Assembly: GCA_964016885.1 (NCBI GenBank)
Contig: OZ024748.1
Span: forward strand, 3,224,001-3,288,000
DNA: 64,000 bases
Reading direction: 5' to 3'
Source: Eledone cirrhosa
Lineage: Eukaryota
The translations under genes and the position numbers were made by a program. Positions 12,322-23,790 of this stretch are shown here, piece after piece. The notes below the pieces were generated by a model that ran no database searches, was not told the origin of the DNA, and saw only the letters and a program-made list of their open reading frames with translations. Position 1 is the stretch's first letter; every line of letters starts with the position of its first letter.

Positions 12322-15300
12322 CAGTTATCTCCCTTCCTTTAAATTCTTTTTTTTTTAACAAGTAAACCGGTAACGTCATTCGATTTACACCGGTACTTTG
12401 AGAAAATTATTATTCATGTAAAGAGGTATGTAATGTTATTTGCCGTGTATATTAGGAGTATTCTAAGAAACTAAACATTCTCTCTATATACATACGTACA
12501 GCTACACTTTATTATACAGGAAGAAACATTTCTTATTTTCCTTCCTTGATTCTACCTTTACTGTGGCTTTCTGGCACTTTTTCATCTACCAGACACATGC
12601 TTTATTTTAAGATGAAGAAAAACTAGACATAGACATTCTAAAAATAACAACTAAACCGTTTTCTCTTCTGAGAAACAAAACAAAATCTTCTCCCTCTATA
12701 CATAGTATATATTGTGTTTTATTTGTAAATTGGGTGACAGTGACAACAAAAACACCCATCCCAACCCGTGAAGGGATCGTTTTGGTGTCGTGACAAAAGT
12801 GCCCAGTTCACATTGTTGGTGTTAGGAAGGGTATCCAGCAGTAGCTAGTTTCTACAGCAGGGTACCCTTACCATAGTAATTCTTTATTTTAGAATTCAAC
12901 TAAAACACATAGTAAAAATGCTTACTCCGAATTACTTACCTTCAAATTCCGCCGAGGTTAATTTTGCCTTTCATCCTTACGTGGTCTATAAAATAAAATA
13001 CCAGTAATGCATTTGGGTAATTGTGGGCCTTGTGCCAAATGTAGAAAGAATTACTTACCTTCACTTAAGTTTACCAATGTTATTTATATAGATATACACT
13101 TGGAATTGCTCATTACTGGAGGAAGGACATTACCATAATAAAGGTCGATTGACCTTCGTCAAATCGGACCGAGGAAACAATGTTTCCGTCGGTCTTTCCA
13201 ATTGCTAATACTATCTATCGGTCGCAACTCCAGGTAGAAGGAGCAACGTGAAATAAAGTGTCTTGCTCAAGGACATAACGCATCGAACTCACAACCTCAA
13301 GATTGTGTATCCAATTCTTTAACCACTCAGCCTTCATTACCATAAATATACATTAGCTGGTGCAGCCAGGTGTTCGGGTGCTATTCTATGTTTTACTGTG
13401 TATTATTCACATTTGTTAAGGTAAACGAAATGAATGGAAGTAATTCGATCGGAACGCAGTTTCGGGGCATATACTTCTCATAGAATCTTCTACAGTCTGG
13501 GTAACATCAGTGAATACTTGGTTAGAAGGCGAAAGAGGCAGTTTTAAGGCATGTATTTCTCATGATTGCCTATGGCCAGATAAAACGTGGTCGATAGTTT
13601 GTTAGCAAGCAGATAAAGGCAGTTTTAAGGATCTATGAACCATTTAACCATAATCAATGCCAGGGTGAAAGTAACGGCTTGTAGGCTCTCCTAGTGAGTG
13701 AAAAAAAACAAAACAGTTTTAGTAGGTATACATCACATAGGATCTCCTACGGTCGGTCAAACCATGGACAATGTGAGGTTAGAGAGTGAAAGAAGCAGTT
13801 TTCAGACGTATACTTCCAATATGACCTCCCACGGCCAGCTAAACCTTGGTCAATGCCACAGACTAGTGTCATGTGAAACTGAGGGTCAGGTGTAGGTCAC
13901 ACCATAAATCATACTAAACAATGAAGTGTACATTATAAAATGTTATTATTAATTTAATTATTACATTTATATTGTAAATGTTACTCAACTGAACATTATG
14001 CAGAATTAGTCGAAGCTTGTTACACCATTACCATGAATATACATCAGTTTCCTATTGCTGGTGCAGCCAACTGTTGGGGTGCTGTTCTATATATTTTACT
14101 GTCTCTCCTTCATGACATTTCAATGAGCCTTAGACATGTTTGACGGTGCCCATCTCCAAGTTTACCATGCCATCACCTGGGTGTTGTTGAGAACCAGTGT
14201 ACCTGTCCTTCACTAACATATAAAACACTAATGAAAAAAGTTTAATTAACCGTTTATATATTATTCACAGTTGTTAACATATTCGTTGTATTCCAATTAC
14301 TAATAAATGTCATAAATGTGACTGACGTCTATATAGAGGTAAGAAATATTTGTTGAAAAAATATACAGGTGAACAAACTGAATGGAAATAATCCGTTTGG
14401 AATATAGATATATGTAACCTGGGAATATTTAGTGGCGAGTATCAATCTATGCCTACTTTCTCGGTTGTGTCTCACCTTAATCTCTGTAACCTGTTCGTTT
14501 TTTTTTTAGGATCGTCAGTTAAACAGTGGTCAATGCCTGTCTACCAGGTGAAAGAAGCAGGATCCTCTACGGCCAGCTAAACCCTAATCAGTGCCTGTCT
14601 AGCAGGTGAAATAAGCAGTTTAAAGGCGTTAAATTTTTGTAGGATCCTCTATAACCAGGCGTTAAATTTTTGTAGGATCCTCTATAACCAGCTAAACCTT
14701 AATATGTCCTATGGCCAACTAAACTCTGGTCAGTACTAAATTATTGAGCGAAAGAAGCGAGTCATTAATGTTGCTACGGAGGTAAGTGATTATTCATTGA
14801 AAATATATATATAAACGAAATGAATGGAGGTAATTCGTTCGGAATATAGATTTTCATGAGGAAGTTGTTAATGCGTTGGTTGGTTTCAAGACGATGCTTT
14901 TAATGAATATAATTCAGAGAACGAATCCCTCATCGTCACAATACCAGCAATGCACTAATAATTTTCTTGTAAAAATATATCTATTCCGAATTACCTCCTT
15001 TCGTTTCGTTTATTTTTTTATTAAACAAAAAATGTAAAATGTACCCATAAGTATTCGACTCAGTAGAATTGCGGCTTTCGAGATGGCGCGCGAGCTCCGT
15101 CTCGGACTCCCAGGCCAGTATCTATGTACCGGCCCAGACAGTCCCCTCTATATAGATTTTTTTTTCGACCTTTCTCAAAACACACTTTTCATATAGATTT
15201 TTTCAAAAACAATAGTTTTATATACATTCTTAGTTTCTTTTTTTAAGACACTCCATATACAGTCTTATATTCTATTCAAGGGAGACAATTCTTTATTTTG

Positions 15301-18016
15301 AAGAGTTATCTCCCTTTATTGAGAGAAAATATATTTATAATAGCCACATTTTTAATTTTCTTTTTTAAGGATACTGTACTTCTCATATCCTATTCAGGGG
15401 AGACTACTCTTTATTTTGAAGAGTTACTTCCCTTTATTAAAATGTATTAAAGCATTTAAACAGGCCGTATTCTCTCTCCCTTTCTGGCTCATACTGATAT
15501 TATTGAATATCAGAATCATATACATTCTTAGTGTCTTTGTCTCACATAATATCAAATCTATGAGATTCTGACAAAGCCTACACCGTGCTAATTTGTTTTC
15601 CTTGTCAAAATAGTAACACAACTCGTATATAATATGTAAAGATTTTATTTATTCATCTTAAACTGAACACAATTCGTATATAATATGTAAACTTTTTATT
15701 AACAGACACGTCAGGAAACATTCTCTCAGTGGTTACGGCAAACAACACAGCATACCTGGACATCTGTAAAAAAATGAAACAAGAAAAACTCATTGTCAAT
15801 AAAAAAAGTTAAAATTCTTCCAATTTTGTCTTTTACTATATATATAAGAATTATAAAGTGTGGACCAAAAGTTGCAATACATAGGGAAAATAAATAAATA
15901 CATTTTTAAGTTTCCACATATATGATATGATTAAATTGTTTCTTATAAAACAATTATTTTCCCTGTGTATGTACATTTAAATACAGAAGACCTGTTCCTA
16001 CGTTGGGCACATCGAGATGATTGCCATGCAGAACATAGCATGAGGCTAAGTACTACGTAGAGCCAGGCACCATTTAATGGTTGGAAAGTCGAGCAAAAAT
16101 ATACCAGACGATCAAATCGGCGAACCAACCTGTTACTACATGGATCTATATTGTGTAGGTCCTCCAAAACACGAGGATATCATGAAAGGAACTAGAAATA
16201 TATTATTTACCAACTTAAATAATAATTGTTTCTACTTTTGGCACAAGGCCAGCAATTAAAGTACCAGTAATATACTGTTATTACTGGTACTTTATTTACC
16301 AACTTAAATAATAATAATTAATTCTATTTCATATGAAATATGTATTGTATTACATTAGAAATACAACACCACGTGGCGGTGTGTCAGTAGCTAAACAAAA
16401 CTATCGTTTAAATAATTATTGCTGACATAAAATAAGGTTTTGCTGGTTCTATGTTGCGTAGGTTAAAGCAATATTGATCTAGTTAACACTGATCAGCAGT
16501 TAATCGTTGATTAAAAAAAATTCGTTCACCTTGACTAAAGACGATAGATCTCAAAACATTCTGGTTAATGTTAATAATTGTTTCTACTTTAGGCACAAGG
16601 CCAGCAATTACCCAGTGCATTAATGTTAATAACCAGAATATAGCAACCAACATATTGAAGGTGGAACACCTGAAGAAGTGTCTAAAACTAAGAATGTAAA
16701 TGAAGAGTCTTTAAAAAAAGAAACTAAGAGAGGTTGGGAGGCTGACCGAAAACATGCCAGATAGTACACGAGCCTGTTTAAAGTCACGTTGCAAAGGATA
16801 GCCTCTCATTTGTCTGGGGGGAGGGAAATAGAAGCTCGCAGAATGTTACATATGGTTTAGAATGGTTCCATATAACGTATGTAGCCTCATTCTTCTGGTT
16901 ACAATAGGTTCACAGGGCAGAAGCCAAGAATGTTTCCATATAACATATGTAGCCTCAGGTAAAGTGTCTTTAAAAATAACCAGAATATAGCAACCAACAT
17001 CATTTTTTCTGAAGGGCGGAAGACTTGAAGAAGTGGACACCTTCAAGTAGCTAGGACCAAAGGAGATACTGCCAAAGTAAAGCTGAAGATCTTGTCGGAA
17101 CGAAGAATCTAGTCATTCGGGCACAATGAGACACATCAGAGTCCCTTCTATACACGATAGGAAATAAAAACTAGTGGTGACAACATACTGCATGTCTAGG
17201 GTGACATCAGAACGACTAGCTATACCAATGGCACTGTCTGCACCTGTGTCAGGAACATGTTGACAAAGAGAAAGTCGTCCAAAACGAATTTACGAGGATA
17301 TCACAAAGGGAACTAGAAATAAATTATTTACTAACTTAAATAATAAAAGAAATAGGCTAAATTCTAATTCATATGACCGTAATGCAACACCACGTGGAGA
17401 TGTGTCAGCTAAACAAAACTATCGTTTAAATAATTATTGCTGACATTATGGGGGAAAATAAACATAAAATAAAGCTTTACATTACCTCCGTAAAAATAGT
17501 AAAATCCATGTTTTTAACATTTTTTATTCAGGTTGGAAAATATGAAGTTCTTCTAGCAGCCATTTTATTTTTTCTAAACAGTTACATGAAATACGCACGT
17601 GCAAAAAAGATGTGAAGTCGTGCTTTACAATCGCGGGGTCGTGAGTTCGATTCTCAGACCGGGCTTTGCGTTGTGTTCTTGAGCAAGACACTTTATTTCA
17701 TGCTGCTATATAAATGAGTTGGACAACACCAGTGTCGAGGAGGGAAGACTGGTATTCCACAAACAACCTTGGGGACTTTCTAGATGCAAATTCCATGGTC
17801 ATTCGTGACAGAAGAGGGTCTTTACCCTTCTATATATATGTGTGTGAGTCCCTGGTGTAACCGAAAACAGTTCTAGTCCTGTAAAAGCCATTTCTATATT
17901 AAATTTGTTATAACAAGACCATTATGCAACAGAGTAATTGATACTTGGATGTCAGTATGTATATTATATATATATATATATATATACTGACATCCAAGTA
18001 TATATATATATATATA

Positions 18017-19026
18017 TAAAATATTAAAAAAATAATGAATAAACAAAGAAACAGTTCCTTATATTAGAAAAATTAATTATTTTACGATCGTTTTTTCTTT
18101 TTTGACCAGTTTTGTCCGAGTTGACATGGATTTTTTTAGATTTTTTTTAGGTCCAATAGGGTAGAATCAAGGTCCTTTTGAAAGTTAGATTTATACCTCT
18201 TAAATTTGAGGTGTTTGATTAAATTAAAAAGGTCTTTCTCAAAGTTTTCAAGTAAAGAGTTGTGTGGTGGATTTTTATAGGTAGTGAAATCATACAAATA
18301 TTTCCTATCTGTACATTTTGATTTTTTATCGAAGTGGTAGGCCCTCCATCTGACTCTTCTGATAAATTGGTTGGTTTTTTGTATCATAAGTAAGAAATCA
18401 TCCTTAGAAGGTAATGGTATATTCTTTAAAGTTCCCAAGTATTGTTTTTCCATTGTGATATGGATAATGGACAAGAAAAAGAGCTCAACTATTTGTATAT
18501 GGAGTTATAAAGACATACGCATATATGTATATATATATATAAAAATTTACATACACATACAATACAAAAATAAGAATATCCCCGTGAAAATAAGAGCAAA
18601 GTATGTAGATAAATCTACCAAAAGTTTACGGTAGTGTCCAATCCGTATGAAGTACTCAATGTAATCCGGATATCATGAAAAGAGAAGGTGCATTCAAAAA
18701 CTACTTTCGGTGAAAAATAAACGGAAAACAGAGTCAAGATAAAATATTAAAAAAATAATGAATAAACAAAGAAACAGTTCCTTATATTAGAAAAATTCAT
18801 TATTTTACGATCGTTCAACGATCGTAAAATAAGGAATTTTTCTAATATAAGGAACTGTTTCTTTGTTTATTCATTATTTTTTTAATATTTTATCTTGACT
18901 CTGTTTTCCGTTTATTTTTCACCGAAAGTAGTTTTTGAATGCACCTTCTCTTTTCATGATATCCGGATTACATTGAGTTCTTCATACGGATTGGACACTA
19001 CCGTAAACTTTTGGAAGATTTATCTA
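18017..19026 (-). mobile_element. Internally deleted Penelope-like element with direct and inverted pseudo-LTRs
   Basis: ORF LKNIPLPSK..FIRRVRWRAYHF..FEKDL..NFQKDL is typical of a PLE N-terminus; 18017-18092 repeats 18740-18814; 18605-18814 is inverted at 18816-19026. Confidence 0.85.
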
Positions 19027-20635
19027 TCTATATATATATATATATATATATACATATACATGTATATAAAAAATTGTGTGTACTGTCGTCAATTCATGGC
19101 CTCTTCAATCCAGCTGCATATTTGCACGATTTACAGCAAATGTGACAGACGAAAGATGTGCCCTCTAATAGGTTGATTGGATCAGGTTCTGATATGTATG
19201 CTTTTTAAGACCAGAAATTTATTTGCAGATGTTTTTGCACACCACGCATCTTGTCTCACCTAGTATTGGAGGGATGTATAGGAAAGATAGTAAAACGTAT
19301 TTTGGTGTCTTAAGAATATCTACGAGTGTTGACAAGGTTTAGATGTATCTAAAAAAGACTAATATGCTCAGCAAATAAAACCTTCTCTCTCTACACATAA
19401 TTGATCTACAGAATGTATTGGTATGTGTGTAGAGAGAACCTTCAGTTATATTTCTTTAACTATGTACCTTTATGTGTATATATATAGAGAGAAAACGGTT
19501 TATTTATTATGTCTATTTTTTTTTTTTTTTTAAATCTTAAAAGAAAGCATGTGTCGAGTGGGTAAGAAGTGCTAGAAAACCACAGTAAAGGAAAATAAAA
19601 CATTACGAAAGTAAGAGTTTATGTATGAACCCGTAACAACGGTGTATCTAATAAAATGTGTGTGTAAAGAGGGAAGGTTTAGTGTCTTTGAATAGTCCTA
19701 ATACACGGCAAATAAAACATTACATACCTCTTTACATGATTACGGTATCCAGAATTATTATTTTGAAAGTACCGGTGTAAATCGAAGAAAGTCACCAGTT
19801 AAAAAAAAGGGGGAGATAATTCTAATCAAATTCAGATTCTCCGCTAGGTCCAGAACGCAGGCCAGCCTGCAAATTATCCCAACCGCAATTAAGTCGCATG
19901 TCCTCGCAACGATTCGATCTTCTGACACATAGAATGGTCACGCCATACATAAGTAAGAATTACGTGCTGCGCCACGCGAAGCCGCAAATCTAAAGAGTAA
20001 ATTAGTCATACTTATACCTAACATTTTTTTTTTTTTTAAAATACAGAAACAGAAAGAGAACGAGTTATCAGGCCTAAAAATATATCCCGTGTATTACCTC
20101 ACTCTCATTACATTTCTATATATACATACATATATGTATTTATTTATTTATTATTTTAATAAATATTTGCTCTAGTGTTCTTATATATTTGATATATATT
20201 TATCCTTATCGAGCCCTCTTTGGATTTTAGTCTTCATATTTAGTATTATTACTATATATATATATATAGTAATAATAATATTTATACTTATATATAATTA
20301 TAAATATGGAGGGTAGTACTATGCACTACCCAATTACCAGTAATAGAATGCATTATATACCCTTAACATTACCTGCTTTTCAATGATATGATATCCTTTA
20401 TCTTTTTTGCTTGTATCTTTTGCACATGTATTACCTTCAAGAATATCTTATATATAATATGCTCAATATTTCACTTTTCACCATTGTTCCTAACACTGTG
20501 ATTTCTGTAAGACAACATCTTTTTGTAACTCCTGCTTTTCTATATGATGTCACTGACACTGTCAATAGTTATGGAGGAAACAATTGCCAGCAATTAAATG
20601 TATTAAACTAAGATTTGATTGTTTTAGATTTTGTG

Positions 20636-20674
<39 letters not shown>

Positions 20675-21222
20675 GATAACAAGTTATCGTTATAGGTAAT
20701 CCAGTTAGAGGTTGTGAGTACCCCGTTTTGGGGATAGTTTTAGCGTACGGCTTTGTTTGATTCAACAAGAGGTTTCCTTAGGTAGCGAGTTTGTGAGTTC
20801 TCGGGAATTCCTATGCAGGTTAATCTTGGAGTAATAATAGTGAAAGAGTGAAGAATAACATATATATATATATATACAAAACAATTTCTGGAAATAAAGG
20901 AAAAAGCTGCAAACTATTGATTTTATTAATTAGTATCAATCACCAATTATCGATTTTGGTAATAAGCATTTCTTATATGTATGTATATATATGCGTCGAC
21001 CAAGGTGTCTGTAAGCCCATAGGCAGCCCATCTAGAAGAGCAACCACTCCGAATAAATTGGTTTGGTACAGGGTGGAGAAGCCCCCTAAGTCCAGTAAGG
21101 TGACTTCCCTAGTATTGGTGACACAAATAAAAGCACCCGGTCTATGGTGTCAAGTGGTGTAGGTGATAGGAAGGGCATCAAACCAGTATATTATTAATGC
21201 CAAATTATGAGCACAAAATACA

Positions 21223-21259
<37 letters not shown>

Positions 21260-21275
21260 TATATATATATATATA

Positions 21276-23697
21276 TCATCATCATCATCATCATCGTTTA
21301 ACGTCCATCTTCCACGCTTGCATGGGTTTGGACGGGAGTTTTCCCACTTGAGGCAAGAGTGGTTGTCTTGCTCGCATAGAACTGTCTGGCGGGTTTTCTA
21401 CGGCTGGATGCCCTTCCTAACACCAACCACGTTTACAGTGTGGACTGGGAGGTTTTTACCGTGTTACCTACACGGCCACATTACAGCATGGACTGTGTGT
21501 TTTTTTGTTGTGACACCAACAAGACCTCATTTGTTTCGAACTGGATGTTGTGGTACCACCATAACTTTACATTGAAAGGGGTGGTGTGGATGGGATGGGG
21601 GTAGTGGGACGGGGTGTATTTTGTTAGAGGTGCCTACTGACTGTAGTAGGTTTCACTTTGTATTTAGGTAAGGCGGGTCTTCTGTATTACTGTGTAGCAC
21701 CAAAGATCTCGGTCCAGTGACATTGTCTTGGAGAGGTGTAAGTGTGTGAGGTCGGAATTTATCAAGTCGTCCCAGGTTTTTCTGGGTCTGCCTACTCCGT
21801 GGCTACCGTCTATTTTGATTGCCCTGCACTTTTTTATACAGCTGTCGTCTTTCATGCGCATCACGTGACCATACCAACGTAGTCTTCTCTTGAGTAAACA
21901 ACATCTGATCCCTCTTATTTCTAATTTTTCCCATAGTTCGTTTATGCTTTGCCGTTCACGTATATTACTATTACACATCCAGCGGAGCATGCAAGCTACG
22001 TTCCTCTCCAGTCTGCGTATATCCTCTGCACACAATGCCCAGGTCTCACTGCCATGTAACATTGCTGTTCGTATGCAGGCATCATACAGCCTGCTTTTCA
22101 TTTTTACAGAGAACCCTTTAGCGGCTAATAGTGGTATAAGCTCTCTGAACTTTTTTCCATCCCGTTCCGACTCTAGCTACTGTACTTTCAGAGCACCCTC
22201 CACTACTGCTGATTTTGTCACCCAAGTAACGGAAGGTGTCCACTATTTATATAGAACCATCTGTGCAATGGAATGAGCTAGTATTGTGGGCACTTGCTGC
22301 TACTTATTGCACCAGAGCACCGGACACATATAAAATCTATGTTCTTAGTTAGCTTACCTGTGATCCCACTACATCTTTTATGCACCCATACTTTGCATTT
22401 GGTTAATTTTAAGGCCTTTTGATTCTAGGCCATGCTTCCATGTTTGGAATTTCTTCTCTAGTTCGGCCATTGATTCAGCTATGAGCATTAGATCATCTGC
22501 GTATAGGAGTTCCCATGGGCAGCCGGTCTTGAAGTCCACTCTTATAGCCTGAAGGGCAATAATAAATAGTAGGGGGCTAAGAACGGAGCCCTGATGAACA
22601 CCAACTTTTACGCTAAACTCTTCACTATATTCGCTGTTAATTCGAACCTTGCTGACTGTTTCTTTATACATGGCTTGTATAGCTCTCACAAGCCATTCAT
22701 CAACACCTAGTTTTCTAAGAGCCCACCAGATAATGGCACGGGGGACTCTGTCGAAGGCTTTCTCCAAGTCGACAAAAGCTAAGTATAGGGGTTTACTTTT
22801 AGCTAGGTACTTCTCCTGTAGTTGTTGTACAATGAAAAGAGCGTCTGTGGTACTTTTACCTGACACAAACCCAAACTGCATTTCATCTAGATCAATTCTC
22901 TCTCTGATTAGTTGCACTATTACTTTTTCTGTGACCTTCATGACCTGGTCGATTAATTTAATGCCTCTATAGTTACTCTTATCTAGGGCATCTCCTTTAC
23001 CCTTGTAGCAGTTAATGATAATGCTGCTACGCCAGTCCTTCAGAACAACCCCATTCTGGTTTACTATCCGGGTGACCATGGTGTGTCCCACCGTTCCAGA
23101 AGTTTTCAGCATTTCAGCAACTATTTCCGAAGGCCCAGCCGCCTTACCCGTCTTCATATCTTTGATTGCCTTACTTATTAGACTACCTTCGACTAACACT
23201 GCTGGTCCCTCTATTGGATCGATGTGGGGGAGACTGTCTTTCTCCCATTTATTCTCCTCATTTAGTAGCCTTTTGTAGAGACACTTCCAAGCTATCTTCT
23301 TATCAGCGTCAGTGATGGCAAGTACACCATCATCATTAAGGACACACTTCTCCCCGACAATATCACGGTTTTCCTTGACACATTGCCTAACAATCCTGAA
23401 CACCTCACATTTTTGGTCCTCGCGTTGTAGAACATGCTTGAACTTTCTTTCCGCTGCATCCCTTCTTGCGAAGTACACTTGTCTCCTAGCTTCCCTCCTG
23501 GCCACTTGATAGTCTTCTCTACTTCCCCCATCCCGCCATACTTTCCAAGCCTGCTTTTTGGCCTTAATTGACTCCTCCACCTTACTGTTCCACCACCACG
23601 TTACTCTCCTCCTGCCTATAGGCCTGCTCCAGCCACAGACTTCGTCTGCCGCCATCAGCAGGTTTGCTTTCAGGAATTCTCACTGTTCCTCTATATT
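21276..23697 (-). mobile_element. Second RTE LINE copy, 5'-truncated and frameshifted/deleted
   Basis: ORFs 22378-23655 and 21664-22101 are homologous to the neighbouring RTE; same style of 3' UTR and (TGA)n tail. Confidence 0.92.
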
Positions 23698-23753
23698 GTA
23701 CTATATGCATATATATATATATATATATATACATATATATGCATATATATATA

Positions 23754-23787
<34 letters not shown>

Positions 23788-23790
<3 letters not shown>

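Noticed and set aside
12929-13063. Duplicated ACTTACCT (U1 5' end or - strand donor)
   Set aside because: Explained as a 16 bp target-site duplication around a SINE fragment; no U1 body follows.
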